From Planctomycetota bacterium (GTDB taxonomy: Bacteria; Planctomycetota; MHYJ01; WSZJ01): DNA of 64,000 bases. Shown in pieces: positions 8,686 to 19,100 of the stretch. A program made the translations under genes and the position numbers. The notes below the pieces were generated by a model. That model made no database searches, was not told where the DNA came from, and saw only the letters and a program-made list of their open reading frames with translations. Position 1 is the stretch's first letter. The number at the start of each line of letters is the position of its first letter. The DNA is taken from the NCBI GenBank assembly GCA_038060895.1, contig JBBTCT010000002.1, positions 96,001-160,000 on the forward strand. The letters are read 5' to 3'.

Positions 8686-10041
8686 TCAGGAACCGCCGGG
8701 ACAGTTCTTCTGCAGCTCCTCGGCGAGCTTCTTCAGGTCCTCTTCCGACATGTTCTTGAGCATTTCGGCGAGCTTCTTCAGCTCCTCCGTATCCATCTCC
8801 TTGATCTTCTCGATGAGCTCTCTCAGTTTCTCGTCGTCCATCGCGTTCTCGTCGCCGCCCTGGCCGAGCTTTCTCGAAAGCCGCGCCAGCCGGTCCAGCG
8901 CTTCCTGCACGTCTTTGTCGTCCCAGCCCTTCGCCTTCAGCAGCTTTTCAAGCTCCTTGAGCAGCTTCTCGTCCATCTTGCCCGCGTTCTTCTTCCGGTC
9001 CTCCGCGTCCCTCTTCGCCTGCTCCGCGCCGTTCTTCGAGAGCCCGTTCCAGCGCTCCCGCGCTTTCTTCATCGCTTCTTCGAACGCCTTCTTGTCCCCC
9101 CGCCGCGCCGCCTCCGCCGCTTTCTTCAGCGCCTCCGCGAGTTCCTTGTCCTTCCCCGCCGCCTTTGCCGCCCGCTCCAGCGCTTCCGCGAGCTTCATGT
9201 CGTCCGCCGGATTCTGCCCCAGTTTCGCCGCCGCATCCGCCGCCGCCTGCGCGCCGTTCCCCTGCGACGTCCGGTGCCCGAGATCGTGCGACCCGGAATT
9301 CTCCGCCATCAGCGCCAGCGCATCCTTCCGCGCCGCCGCCTTCTCCTTCTCCTCGCGGATCTTCTCGCCCACCTCGCCGATCCGCGCCAGCGCTTCCTTC
9401 CGGTCGATCTTCCCTTCGCGCCACGCCTCGTCGATCCGCTCCAGTTCCTTCCCCAGCTCCGCCAGCCGCGGATCCCCGTCCTCCGCCCCCGCCTGCCTCA
9501 ATTCCTCCGCAGCCGCCAGCATCTCCGGCGGCGCTTCCAGCCCTTTCAGGTCGCTGGGCAGCCCGGCGATGGCCGGAAGCGACCGCTCCGGCACGAGGAA
9601 GAGCAGCGCGGCGATCACCGCGGCTGTCACGAGGGACCAGCGCGACAGCCTCGGGAAGCGCGTCGCGAACATCTTGCGTTCATCCGGCAGCGGCCTCGAA
9701 GCGGCATCACGCTCGACCAGCGCGGCCCACTCCGTGCCCTCCAGTTCCAGCGCCGTCGAGAAGCGGTCGTCGCTTCCGGTCGCGCGGTCCGCCGCGCGCG
9801 CGACATCCGCCAGAGGGATCTTGCTCATCAGCCTCACCGCAAACGCGATCGCCGGCACCGCGACAAACGCCCCGGCCGCGATCCACATCGGCTGCGGCCA
9901 GTGCCAGAGCTTCGCGCCCCCGACATACCCCGCCGCAATCGCCGCCCCGCCGAACGACCCGAAGACCGCCGCGCGCACCGCAGCCTGCATGCGCAGGCGC
10001 TTTTCCCAGGCATTCAACCGGTCGCGGAGGATGGCGTTCAT
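8686..10041 (-). CDS. Membrane-anchored coiled-coil protein
   Basis: ATG 10041 with GGGAG RBS; TM segments, ARAADRATGSDDRFSTALEL motif, long Glu/Lys/Ala coiled coil. Confidence 0.85.
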   Translation of the reverse strand: MNAILRDRLNAWEKRLRMQAAVRAAVFGSFGGAAIAAGYVGGAKLWHWPQPMWIAAGAFVAVPAIAFAVRLMSKIPLADVARAADRATGSDDRFSTALELEGTEWAALVERDAASRPLPDERKMFATRFPRLSRWSLVTAAVIAALLFLVPERSLPAIAGLPSDLKGLEAPPEMLAAAEELRQAGAEDGDPRLAELGKELERIDEAWREGKIDRKEALARIGEVGEKIREEKEKAAARKDALALMAENSGSHDLGHRTSQGNGAQAAADAAAKLGQNPADDMKLAEALERAAKAAGKDKELAEALKKAAEAARRGDKKAFEEAMKKARERWNGLSKNGAEQAKRDAEDRKKNAGKMDEKLLKELEKLLKAKGWDDKDVQEALDRLARLSRKLGQGGDENAMDDEKLRELIEKIKEMDTEELKKLAEMLKNMSEEDLKKLAEELQKNCPGGS

Positions 10042-10189
10042 GGGGCTCCCCATTATAGGTACGCCGGCACGGACTTCGTTCGGCCTATCTTTAGACGCAC
10101 GGGACGCCCCAAGGCTCACATTATTCGCCAAAAATACGGATTGAAGGCCCCCCACGTTTTCGGTACAAACCCGTCTGTCGTTGCCGTAC

Positions 10190-10340
10190 CTCAATCTAGA
10201 GGGGTGGTTCTCGAAAGGGTTCGCCGGGCCGGAGCCCTTCGACTCGCGTCACCAGCTCACGCAAAGATCGAACGCGTGTGTCGCGAGTCGAAGGGCGGAG
10301 ATCCGGCGAAACCTTTCGAGAACCACCCCTCTAGATTGAG
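10190..10340. mobile_element. MITE-like nested inverted repeat abutting tRNA-Glu
   Basis: Perfect 29-bp outer IR CTCAATCTAGAGGGGTGGTTCTCGAAAGG (10190-10218 / 10312-10340); inner 15-bp IR gcccttcgactcgcg (10234-10248 / 10282-10296); no ORF. Confidence 0.6.
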
Positions 10341-10412
10341 CCCCCATCGTCTAGCGGCCTAGGATACGAGATTCTCAGTCTTGGGACCGGGGTTCAAATC
10401 CCCGTGGGGGTA
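10340..10412 (+). tRNA. tRNA-Glu (anticodon CTC), CCA not encoded
   Basis: Acceptor GCCCCCA/TGGGGGT, D arm GTCTAGCGGCCTAGGA, anticodon arm CGAGA-TTCTCAG-TCTTG, T arm CGGGG-TTCAAAT-CCCCG. Confidence 0.95.
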
Positions 10413-10415
10413 TGA

Positions 10416-10449
10416 AAAGGCGCGCCCAAACCAGGGCGCGTTTTTTTTT
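10416..10449 (+). terminator. Intrinsic terminator after tRNA-Glu (likely bidirectional)
   Basis: aaaagg-cgcgccc-aaacca-gggcgcg-ttttttttt. Confidence 0.8.
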
Positions 10450-10460
10450 GCCCCTGGCCC

Positions 10461-10880
10461 TCACTCCACCCGAAGCGGCTGCTTGCCAAACTTCGCCCGG
10501 ATTCCGTTCAGCGCCCGGTTGACCGCGGCCCTCCTCACAATCCACCGCTCCAGCGCGCGCACGCCCGGGATGTCCGTGAGCATGAGGCCCACGAGGATCG
10601 TGAGCACGCCCTGTCCCGGGATTCCCGGGAGCGACAGGACGATCCCGACGAGGACCAGAACGACGCCCGCTACGTTTTTCAGGATCATGACGAGGACGTG
10701 CTTCCACGTCGGCCCCGGCGGCTTGCGCCCGCGCACGAAATAGTCGGCCGGCATCCGGACGATCAGGAACGTCACGAGCGCGAGGCTGACGACGAGCGTC
10801 GCCACGAAGATGAGCACGAACGTCCAGATGCCGGCGTTGGAGAGGCCGAGGCGCTGAGGAAGTTCGCGGAGAAAGTTCAT
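10461..10880 (-). CDS. PGPGW-like small transmembrane protein
   Basis: TM helices with LSLPGIPGQGVLTILVGL motif. Confidence 0.8.
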   Translation of the reverse strand: MNFLRELPQRLGLSNAGIWTFVLIFVATLVVSLALVTFLIVRMPADYFVRGRKPPGPTWKHVLVMILKNVAGVVLVLVGIVLSLPGIPGQGVLTILVGLMLTDIPGVRALERWIVRRAAVNRALNGIRAKFGKQPLRVE

Positions 10881-10895
10881 CGCGGTCGGCCGTGC

Positions 10896-11228
10896 CTAAC
10901 CCACGAGCTCAAAGAGTCCATCGACGATCTGGTCCACCGCCGCCTCTTCGACTCTTCCTGCTTTTCGCTTCAGGCGATCGCTGTCCATGGTCCGAACCTG
11001 CCCGATCTTGACCCACGAAGGCTTGGGAAGAGTCCGCTCCGGGAGTGCAGCGACGAGTGGGAACCCCGCCTTCGGAGGCTGACTGGTGACCGCGAGGGCG
11101 ATGACGGTGCCACCGGCGTTGAAGGTCTCGTGGCTGATGACAAGCACGGGCCGGTCGCCGGCCTGTTCATGTCCCCGAACCTGTCCGATTTCGGCCCACC
11201 ACAGATCCCCTCTCAATACTCGGGCCAC
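10896..11228 (-). CDS. mazF: PemK/MazF family toxin (endoribonuclease)
   Basis: RGDLWWA..GHEQAGDRPVLVIS..FN, VTSQ, QVRTMDSDRL. Confidence 0.92.
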   Translation of the reverse strand: MARVLRGDLWWAEIGQVRGHEQAGDRPVLVISHETFNAGGTVIALAVTSQPPKAGFPLVAALPERTLPKPSWVKIGQVRTMDSDRLKRKAGRVEEAAVDQIVDGLFELVG

Positions 11229-11452
11229 GTTGTCTCTCCCTTGAGCCGCTCATTGGCGAGTGCCTTCTCTCCGCGGCGGCTCAGTTTGGCTATCTCTCGC
11301 GCGAGCCGTGTGCGCTTGCGCCGCTCGACCGTCTCGCGGACAGCCTCTTGGATGGCGCGGCTCCGGCTCGGAAATCTGCCCTCGGAGACCCAGCGATCGA
11401 GGAGATCGAGGAGGGTGCGGTCGAGGGTGATGGCGATCTTTGCCGCGGGCAT
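11213..11452 (-). CDS. Ribbon-helix-helix antitoxin (CopG/MazE-like)
   Basis: KIAITLD..LLDLLDRWV..FPSRSRAIQEAV; overlaps the toxin start. Confidence 0.88.
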   Translation of the reverse strand: MPAAKIAITLDRTLLDLLDRWVSEGRFPSRSRAIQEAVRETVERRKRTRLAREIAKLSRRGEKALANERLKGETTWPEY

Positions 11453-11469
11453 CGGGTCGTTCCCTGATG

Positions 11470-11490
11470 GGTATGACAGATTATCATACC
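11470..11490 (-). promoter_or_regulatory. Palindromic operator overlapping a -10-like element of the TA operon
   Basis: GGTATGA-N7-TCATACC just upstream of the antitoxin ATG; minus strand reads TATGATAAT; type II TA autoregulation is well established. Confidence 0.65.
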
Positions 11491-11512
11491 ACGATGGATC
11501 GAGCAGACCAAC

Positions 11513-12988
11513 CTATCGAGCCGCCTTCCTCGCCAGCTCCGCAACGGCTGCCCGCTCGACGGTGGAGAGCCAGGCCCCTTCCTCCCGCTCCAGGGCGGAA
11601 AAGTCGGTCAGCAGGCTCGGCGCGGCCTGCAGCGCCTTTCGCCACCACGCGAGGGCTTCTTCCTCGTGACCGAGGCGGAGTTCGCAAAGTGCCATGCCAA
11701 GCCAGACATGCTTGCGCAGCACCGTGCTCTTGCTTTCCTGAAGCAACTTGAGGACTCCGAAGGACTCTTCGAATCGAGTCAGGTCCCACAGGAGATAGGC
11801 GAAGTTGAGCCGCGCTTCCTCGGAAAGTGAAGCGGTGTCTCGGTTTCTGAAGGCGCGTCGGAAGTCCGCTTCAGCCTCCGCAAGCTGTCCCATCTGATGG
11901 AGCAGGAAGGCTCGATCCGTGAGGATGAGCTCGGCCGAGGGCGTCGTGCTCGAAACGGCCCGAGAGAGAGTTGCGGAGAAATCCAGGAGGGCTTCTTCCA
12001 ATCGCTTCAGTTTCCAGAGCGCGCGCCCGCGGCAGAATCGCGCCGTGAAGTGATCAGGATCAAGGGCGAGCGAAGCGTTGAAATCTGCGAGCGCGTTGTC
12101 GTCGTGGTTGAGAGCAAAGGATGCCAGCCCGCGATCTACGATGGCCGTCGCGTCGAGGGGTCTCAACCTGCAGGCGGTTTCGAAATCCGCGCGGGCGAGG
12201 TCCCAGTGACCTTGCGCCATCGAGGCCCGCCCCCGTTTGCCAAGGGCGTGGCCGGTGACGTGGCGGAGAAGGAAGGGTTCGAACTCAATCCGCGCTGCCT
12301 CGGCGGCGTCGAGGATGCGCGAGAGTTGCTCGATGGCCTCCTGGTACTTTCCCGCGAAGAAACTCCGGTCGGCAGCGGCCATCGACCCCGGGAGCGGCTC
12401 AAGTTGGCGGCGCCGGCGGACCTCATCATGCTTCTCTCGCATATCACCCAAGGGGTCGAAGTAACGGTTGGGGTCTTCACGAACCTCTGAGAGCCGCGCG
12501 ATCGTTCGGCCGAACGCATCGCCGGAGCTGACGGAGATCCAGCCCGGATCGAGGTGAATCGCGGGGTCGTTCACCTCGACGCCGTCCTCGCCCCACTGTC
12601 CGCTCAGCACCAGCACGAGGTAGAGCTTCTTCATCGCGAGCCGTCGAATTGCGTCGCGTGCGGCGTCGGGCCCACGGTGCTCCCTGACGCCAGGCATGAT
12701 CAACAAGTCCGCATCGCACGCCGCCGCGCGAAAGGCTGTTTCCGCCGAGAAGAGATCCCCCACCTCAAGGTAAGCGTCACCGAGCGCCATCTGGATCGAA
12801 ATCGACCGGGGATCCATCCCGGCGGCCATCTGCAACAGCTCCAGGCCGAGTGCGGGCTGGCCGCACTTCACGAGGTCGCTTCCGCGCATCGCGAAGTCCT
12901 CTGCGTCTGTGGCTGGCGGAACCTTGGTTGCCCGCCCCGAGCAACCGACAGCCGACAGGAACACAATGGAAAAAAGGATAGGCCTCAT
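11513..12988 (-). CDS. TPR-repeat lipoprotein
   Basis: Lipobox-like SAVGC; multiple TPR motifs (RG.A..ALADF..L..DP). Confidence 0.8.
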   Translation of the reverse strand: MRPILFSIVFLSAVGCSGRATKVPPATDAEDFAMRGSDLVKCGQPALGLELLQMAAGMDPRSISIQMALGDAYLEVGDLFSAETAFRAAACDADLLIMPGVREHRGPDAARDAIRRLAMKKLYLVLVLSGQWGEDGVEVNDPAIHLDPGWISVSSGDAFGRTIARLSEVREDPNRYFDPLGDMREKHDEVRRRRQLEPLPGSMAAADRSFFAGKYQEAIEQLSRILDAAEAARIEFEPFLLRHVTGHALGKRGRASMAQGHWDLARADFETACRLRPLDATAIVDRGLASFALNHDDNALADFNASLALDPDHFTARFCRGRALWKLKRLEEALLDFSATLSRAVSSTTPSAELILTDRAFLLHQMGQLAEAEADFRRAFRNRDTASLSEEARLNFAYLLWDLTRFEESFGVLKLLQESKSTVLRKHVWLGMALCELRLGHEEEALAWWRKALQAAPSLLTDFSALEREEGAWLSTVERAAVAELARKAAR

Positions 12989-13075
12989 CCGGGGAACGAT
13001 ATCAATTCTCTACCCGCGGCAAGGCCCGCAGTTTTTTGGCGGCTCCCCTGCTTCCGCGCCGCTACATTCCCTTTC

Positions 13076-16000
13076 ATGCTCTCCGTCCGCACAGGCTCCT
13101 ATCGCTCCCTCGAGGAAGAACTCGTCGGGCGGTTGCGCCTTCGACCGCCGCTCGAGCCGGCGTGGGTCGTGGTGCCGTCGCGGCACGTGCGCGGGCGGTT
13201 GCAGCGGGCGATGGCGGCTTCGGGCGGGCTCGCGAACGTCTTCCTGCCGGATTTCCATGCGCTGGCGCGGATGATTGTCGAGGAAGCCGGGATCGACATC
13301 CCGCCGCTGGTGGAGGACGTGGGGGAAGAGGAAATCTTTCGCGCGTTCCTGCGCGAGCCGGGGGCGTCCGAGCGGTATCGCGTGCTGGCGGACCGGCCGG
13401 GGGCGGGAGCGCTTCTCAGAACGGTCGCCGACCTCCGCGCGGCCGTGATCGCGCCGCCGCTTCTGCGCGAGGTTAAGGAGGAACTTCCCGAGGACGCGCA
13501 GCGGCTTGCGGAGCTGGCGGGGCTGCTGGAGGCCTACGGGAACTTCCTGAAAAAGCTCGGATACATGACGCGCTCGGACGTCGCGCGCGTGGCGGCGGTG
13601 GAAGCGGAGAAGTCGCGGCTCGTGAAAGAGGCCGCGGCGTGGAACGTGTACGGCTTCTACGAGTTCCTCGGCGAGCAGAAGGACCTGCTGGACGCGCTTT
13701 CGCGCGAGACCGACGCGACGGTGTTCATCCCGTACCGCGAAGGCCCGGCGTACGCCCTGTCGGAGCGCACGCTCAACGAGGACTTCGGCGCGGCGCGCGC
13801 CCGGCAGGGCGGGTTCATCGCGCCGGCCGAGGGCGGAGTGGCCATGGAAGCGCTGAGGACGAGGGCGCCGAAGCCGAAGATCCTGAAAGGCGACGGCGCG
13901 CCGAGGACGGGGATTTTCCGCGCGACGGCGTTCACGCAGAGGCTGTTCGACCCGGGCGAAGCGCCGATCAAGTCGGGCACGGCGATCCCCGCGGTGACGT
14001 GCGGGGGGATGGCGGACGAGGTCTGGTACGCCGTGAAGGAAGCGCGCCGCGTGCACGAGTCCGAGGGCGTCGCCTGGCGCGACATTGCGATCGTCGCGCG
14101 CACCCTCGACCGCCGGCTGCACCTGGCCGCGCGTTACTTCCGCGAAGAGGGCGTGCCGTGGTGGACTCCCGCTTCCCAGCCGCTGGCCGAACGGCCGCTC
14201 GCGCAGGCGGCGTCGCTGGCGGCGCGGCTCCTGCTCGACGAGGCCTATCATCTCGACGTGCTCGAGTGGTTCTCGTCGCCGCTGGTGAAAGAAGAAGCGC
14301 GGGCAGACCGGTGGGGGGAGATCGCGCGAGCGCTGGGGATCGTTTCGGCGGACGACTGGAAGCGGCTGTCGGCGGCGCGCGGGGCGGATCTGGCGGACGT
14401 GGACGGCAACGTGGTCGCCGCGGCGGAAGCGGTGGATGCGTTCGCGGGCGCCGTTGACGCACTGCGTCAATCGCTGCCCGGGGCGGAAGGAAAGCGCGGC
14501 TGGGCCACGCTCGCGGCGGCATGGGAACGCTTCCTCGGCGACCGGCTCGACGCGAAGAAGGACGAGGCCGCGTGGAAGTCGCTCCAGGACATCCTTCACT
14601 CGCTGGCCGCGCTCGAGAACGCAGGCGCGCCGCCCGACGGGCGCTCGTTCGCGGCGGCGTTCGCGCGCGGGATCGCCGCGGAAAAGATCCCGGTCCACCC
14701 GATCCCCGCCGACGGCGTCGCTTTCCTCGACGCCATGCAGCTGCGCGGCCAGCGCTTCCGCGTCGCCGTCCTCCTCGGCCTCAACGAGCGCGACTGGCCC
14801 GCGGTGCCGCGCGAAGACCCGTACCTGCCGGATGCTTCGCGCCGCAGGATCGCCGGTGCGACCGGATGCCGGCTGCGCGAGCGGATGGAGCGGACGTCGG
14901 AAGAGCGGATGCTGTTTGCGTTCGCGCTCGACTGCTGCGACCGGGCGGTGCTGGTGTCGCGGCGGGTGGACGACGAAGGGCGCAAGGAAGCGCCGTCTGC
15001 GTACCTGGACGAGATCCGGCGGGTCGTGCACGTCGAGGACAAAGCGGGCGTGCCGCGGCTGGCGACGAGGAAGTTCGAGCGGAAGCTCGGCTGGCTGACG
15101 TGGACCGAGCAGCGGCTGCGCGCGATCCTGACCGGCGGCGTCGACGCGGACCCGGCGGTGCTGAAAGCCAAGGCCCTCGAGGACTGCGGCGGCTGGAACG
15201 CGTTCGACCAGCTCTCCGCGCCGCCGCAGGCGCACATCGACAGAGTCGCCGAGCGCGGACTCTCGCCGACCGCGCTTCAGAACCTCGCGACCTGCCCCTT
15301 CCAGTACTGGGCGCGCAACGTGACGAAACTGGAGGTGCTCGACCCGCGCGAGGCCGAAGAAGACGTCACCGCGCGCGAGGTCGGCTCGGTGCTGCACGAA
15401 GCGCTCGCGGACCGGAGCGGCGCGGACCCGGTGGAGCTCGCCCGCGAGATTTTCCGGCGGCGCGCGCAGAAACGTCCGCCGCTGCGGTACGCGGTCTGGG
15501 AAGCGGCGCGCGATGCGGGTCTCAAGGCGCTGGCGGCGCTGGTCGCGCAGGACCGCGCGGAGCTGCAGTCCGGCGGATGGACGGTCGCGCACGCCGAATT
15601 GGCTCTGCCGCTTCTCGCCGGGCCGAAGCCGCTTCCCGGCCTGCACGGCCGCGTGGACCGCGTGGAGACGCGGGAGACGAAAGGCGGGCTGGAGTTCCGG
15701 GTGACGGACTTCAAGTACAAGCTGTCGAAGAGGCCGCCGGTCGAGGGGAAGGACGAAAAGGTCGAGGAGAAGACGCTCGACGACGTGCTGCGCGGGAAGC
15801 AGGTGCAGCTCGCCGCGTACGCGCGGCTCGTGGCCGCGCACCTCGGGCCGAAGGCAACGTTCGCGGGGGCGCACTTCTATTTCTTCGGACCGCGCTTTGA
15901 GCCCGCGCGGCGCGGGCTGCTCGCGCGCAACGGCGAGGAGGAGCTGTCCTCGCTCGCGCCGCGCGCCTGGGAAATGGCCGCGCAGGGCCGCTTCGTCGTC

Positions 16001-16129
16001 GTCGACGACGACAAGGTCTGCCCGCGGTGCGAGATCCACACGGTCTGCCGGCGGGGGCACTTTGCGACCCGCACGCGCGCCCTGAACGATCCGCGCGCGA
16101 AGGCGTTCGCCGACGGGAGGTTCGCGTGA
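13076..16129 (+). CDS. addB: AddB/RexB-like inactive helicase plus PD-(D/E)XK nuclease subunit
   Basis: LSPTAL..LATCPFQY, GRVDRVE, DFKY, QLAAY, CPRC..C Fe-S cysteines; coupled to addA. Confidence 0.85.
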   Translation: MLSVRTGSYRSLEEELVGRLRLRPPLEPAWVVVPSRHVRGRLQRAMAASGGLANVFLPDFHALARMIVEEAGIDIPPLVEDVGEEEIFRAFLREPGASERYRVLADRPGAGALLRTVADLRAAVIAPPLLREVKEELPEDAQRLAELAGLLEAYGNFLKKLGYMTRSDVARVAAVEAEKSRLVKEAAAWNVYGFYEFLGEQKDLLDALSRETDATVFIPYREGPAYALSERTLNEDFGAARARQGGFIAPAEGGVAMEALRTRAPKPKILKGDGAPRTGIFRATAFTQRLFDPGEAPIKSGTAIPAVTCGGMADEVWYAVKEARRVHESEGVAWRDIAIVARTLDRRLHLAARYFREEGVPWWTPASQPLAERPLAQAASLAARLLLDEAYHLDVLEWFSSPLVKEEARADRWGEIARALGIVSADDWKRLSAARGADLADVDGNVVAAAEAVDAFAGAVDALRQSLPGAEGKRGWATLAAAWERFLGDRLDAKKDEAAWKSLQDILHSLAALENAGAPPDGRSFAAAFARGIAAEKIPVHPIPADGVAFLDAMQLRGQRFRVAVLLGLNERDWPAVPREDPYLPDASRRRIAGATGCRLRERMERTSEERMLFAFALDCCDRAVLVSRRVDDEGRKEAPSAYLDEIRRVVHVEDKAGVPRLATRKFERKLGWLTWTEQRLRAILTGGVDADPAVLKAKALEDCGGWNAFDQLSAPPQAHIDRVAERGLSPTALQNLATCPFQYWARNVTKLEVLDPREAEEDVTAREVGSVLHEALADRSGADPVELAREIFRRRAQKRPPLRYAVWEAARDAGLKALAALVAQDRAELQSGGWTVAHAELALPLLAGPKPLPGLHGRVDRVETRETKGGLEFRVTDFKYKLSKRPPVEGKDEKVEEKTLDDVLRGKQVQLAAYARLVAAHLGPKATFAGAHFYFFGPRFEPARRGLLARNGEEELSSLAPRAWEMAAQGRFVVVDDDKVCPRCEIHTVCRRGHFATRTRALNDPRAKAFADGRFA

Positions 16130-19100
16130 CCAGCGACGCGGGCGCGAGGCGGGACGCGGTGGTGCGCACGGACGAGAACGTCGTCCTGCGGGCGAGCGCC
16201 GGCACGGGCAAGACGACGGTGCTGGTCGAGCGGATGGCGTGTCTGCTCTTGCGCGAGAAGCTGGACCCCGAGCTGCTCGTCGCGATCACGTTCACCGAAA
16301 TGGCCGCGGCCGAGATGAAGACGCGCCTGCGGCGGCGCCTGATGGACGCGTTCCGGTGGGGCATGGGCGAGGACCCGAAGAACGCGTTCGACGAGACAAT
16401 CCTCTCCGCGGGGCGCGACGCCATCGCCGAGCGCGCGCACACCGCGCTCGACCGGCTCGACCGCGCGGCGATCGAGACGATGCACGCGTTCGCGGGGCGG
16501 CTGCTGCGGATGTTCCCCGAGGAAGCCGGCGTGGACGCGGCCTTCGCGATCGAGGACACGACGGCCGTGGAGGAAGCGCTTCATCGCGACTGGGCCGCGT
16601 GGTCGCGCGAGGAGTTCGCGGCCGGCGCCCCGAATCACGCGCGCTGGCGCCCGGTCCTCGCGACGCTTCAGTGGATCAAGGTGCAGGAACTCGCGTTCCG
16701 GCTTGCGGACTGGGAAGACATCCCGACCGATCCGGGCGCCGTGCCGCAGGACTCGAAGGCGTGGCACGAAGCGCTTCTTGCCGGGATGGAGCCGCTCGTC
16801 GCGCACGCCGAAGGAAAGACGAAGCGCGTGACGTCCGTGATGCAGCAGGCCCGCGCGGCGATGGAGATTCTTGCGAGGGTGAAGGCCGGCGGCTGGCGGC
16901 CCCTGGACACGGCGGACGACCGCTTCGAGGATTCGTTCAGCGACAGCTACAAGTCCACGGGCTGGACCGACGACGAGTGGATGGCCGCGAAGGCCGCGTA
17001 CGACGCGGCGCGCGCGTGGGCCTCGACGCGCACGGAAGCGGTCGAGGCCGTGCGGCTGCTCACGGGCTTCGCGACCTTCCACCGCGAGCAGAGCCTCAAC
17101 GCAGGGCGGCTGTCGTTCAACGCGCTGCTCTTCCTCGCGCGCGACCTGCTGCGCCGCAAGCCTCACGCCGCGCGGCGTTTCGAAAAACACCGCTTCCTCG
17201 TGGACGAATTCCAGGACACGGACGCGCGGCAGGCGGAGATCGTGCTGCGGCTTTCGTCGCCGCCGGCGGCCGAGCCGGAAGCGGACTGGCGCGCGCTGCG
17301 GCCGCGGCCGGGCGCGGTGTTCATCGTGGGCGACGGGAAGCAGTCGATCTATGCGTGGCGAAGCGCCGACCTGGGCGTGTACGACGCGGTGAGTGAGCAG
17401 TTGGTCGCGGCGGGAGCGCTGCCCCGCGAGCTCTCGGACAATTTCCGCTCGCAGCCGGCAGTGATCGACGCCGCGAACCGCGTTTTCGGGACGGCATTCG
17501 TGGAGGAGCCCGGGATCCAGGCGGCGCCCGCGGATCTCGTCGCGGCGCGGCTGCCGAAGCCGCTCAACGGGCGCGTGGTCGCTCTTCGGACCGCGAAAAC
17601 CGATGGGAAGGCGCCGGCGCTCGCCGCCGCCGAGGCCCTCGGGATCGCCAACTGGATCAACGACGTGCGCGGCAAGCTGCGCATCGAGGTCGAGGACGGC
17701 GACGCGACGGTTGCGAAACCGATCCGCTTCCGCGACATCGCGATCCTGCTCCGCGCGTCCACGTACCTGCCGCAGTACCTGCAGGCGCTTCGGACGGCGA
17801 AGATCCCTTACGTCGTGACGCGCGAGCAGCACTTCTACGAGGCGCAGGAGGTGCGCGACGCGATCAATCTCCTGGTCGCGCTCGTGCGCCCCGACGACGC
17901 GCTCGCGCTCGCGGGCGTGATGCGCTCGCCCGTCGGCGGGCTGACGTTCGACGACGTGCACGCCGCCGGCCGTCCGGACTTCCGCAGGAACGCGCCGGGA
18001 AAAGCGGGCGACCTCTTCGCGAAACTGCGCGACCTGCGATCGCTCGCGCTGCGCCTGCCGGTTCCGGAAGCGGTGGACCTCGTGCTCGAAGACTCCGGCC
18101 TGCGCGCCGCCGCCGCCGCTTCGGCCCACGGCGAGCAGGCGTTGGCCAACCTCGACAAGGTCGCGGCGCTCGCCGCGCGCTGGGCGGCGCCCGAGCTGAC
18201 GCTCGGCGCGTTCGCCGACCGCCTCGGCCGCCGGCTGCGCGACGTCGAGCGCGAGGCAGAGTCGCCCCTCGGCGAGCCGGACGACGAGGTCGTGCGCGTC
18301 TCCACGATCCACGCCGCCAAGGGGCTCGAGTGGCCGGTCGTCATCCTCGCCGGGCTTCACTCCGTCCCGCGCGGCGCCACCGTGGACGATCCGGTCCTTT
18401 CCGACCCTTCCGGTTTCGCCGCGAAAGCCGGCGACGCCACCACGCCGGGCTGGGCGTTCCTCGCCGACCGCCGCCGCCGCCGGAGCGAGGCCGAGAACAC
18501 GCGCCTCTTTTACGTCGCCTGCACGCGGGCGCGCGAGGCCCTCGTCCTGTCGCGTGCGGGCGACAAGCAGGGGCCTTTCCTCAAGAATCTCCCGGCGGGA
18601 ATCTTTGCGGAAGAGGACGCCGACATCGCGCCGCGTCCCTCCGGCACGATCATCCCACCGGTCGCGTTCCCGCCCGAGGAGGAGCGCGAGAAGTGGGACC
18701 GGGTGCGCTCGGACTACGAGAAACTGATGAAGCTCCCGTCGATCGATTCGCCGACGGGGATGATGCACCGCGAGGACGACGCGCCCGACCGGCACGGCCA
18801 CGCGTGGGATTCGCGCTCTGCGAAACAGATCGGCGTCGTCGTGCACTCGGTGCTCGAGAACTGGAAGTTCGAGGGCGACGACCTCGACCGAGCCCTCACG
18901 CGCGCCGGCGCGGATCTGCGCGCGACCGACCAGGCGGCCGTGCTTCCGCGCGCCCGCGAACTGCTTCAGTCGTTCCTCAAATCGCCGGACGCTGTCGAGA
19001 TCGCCGCTTCCCAGATTCTCGGCCGCGAAGTTCCCTTCTCGATGCCCCTCCAGGACGGCCGCTGCATCATCGGCGTCATCGACCTCGTGTTCGAGAAGGA

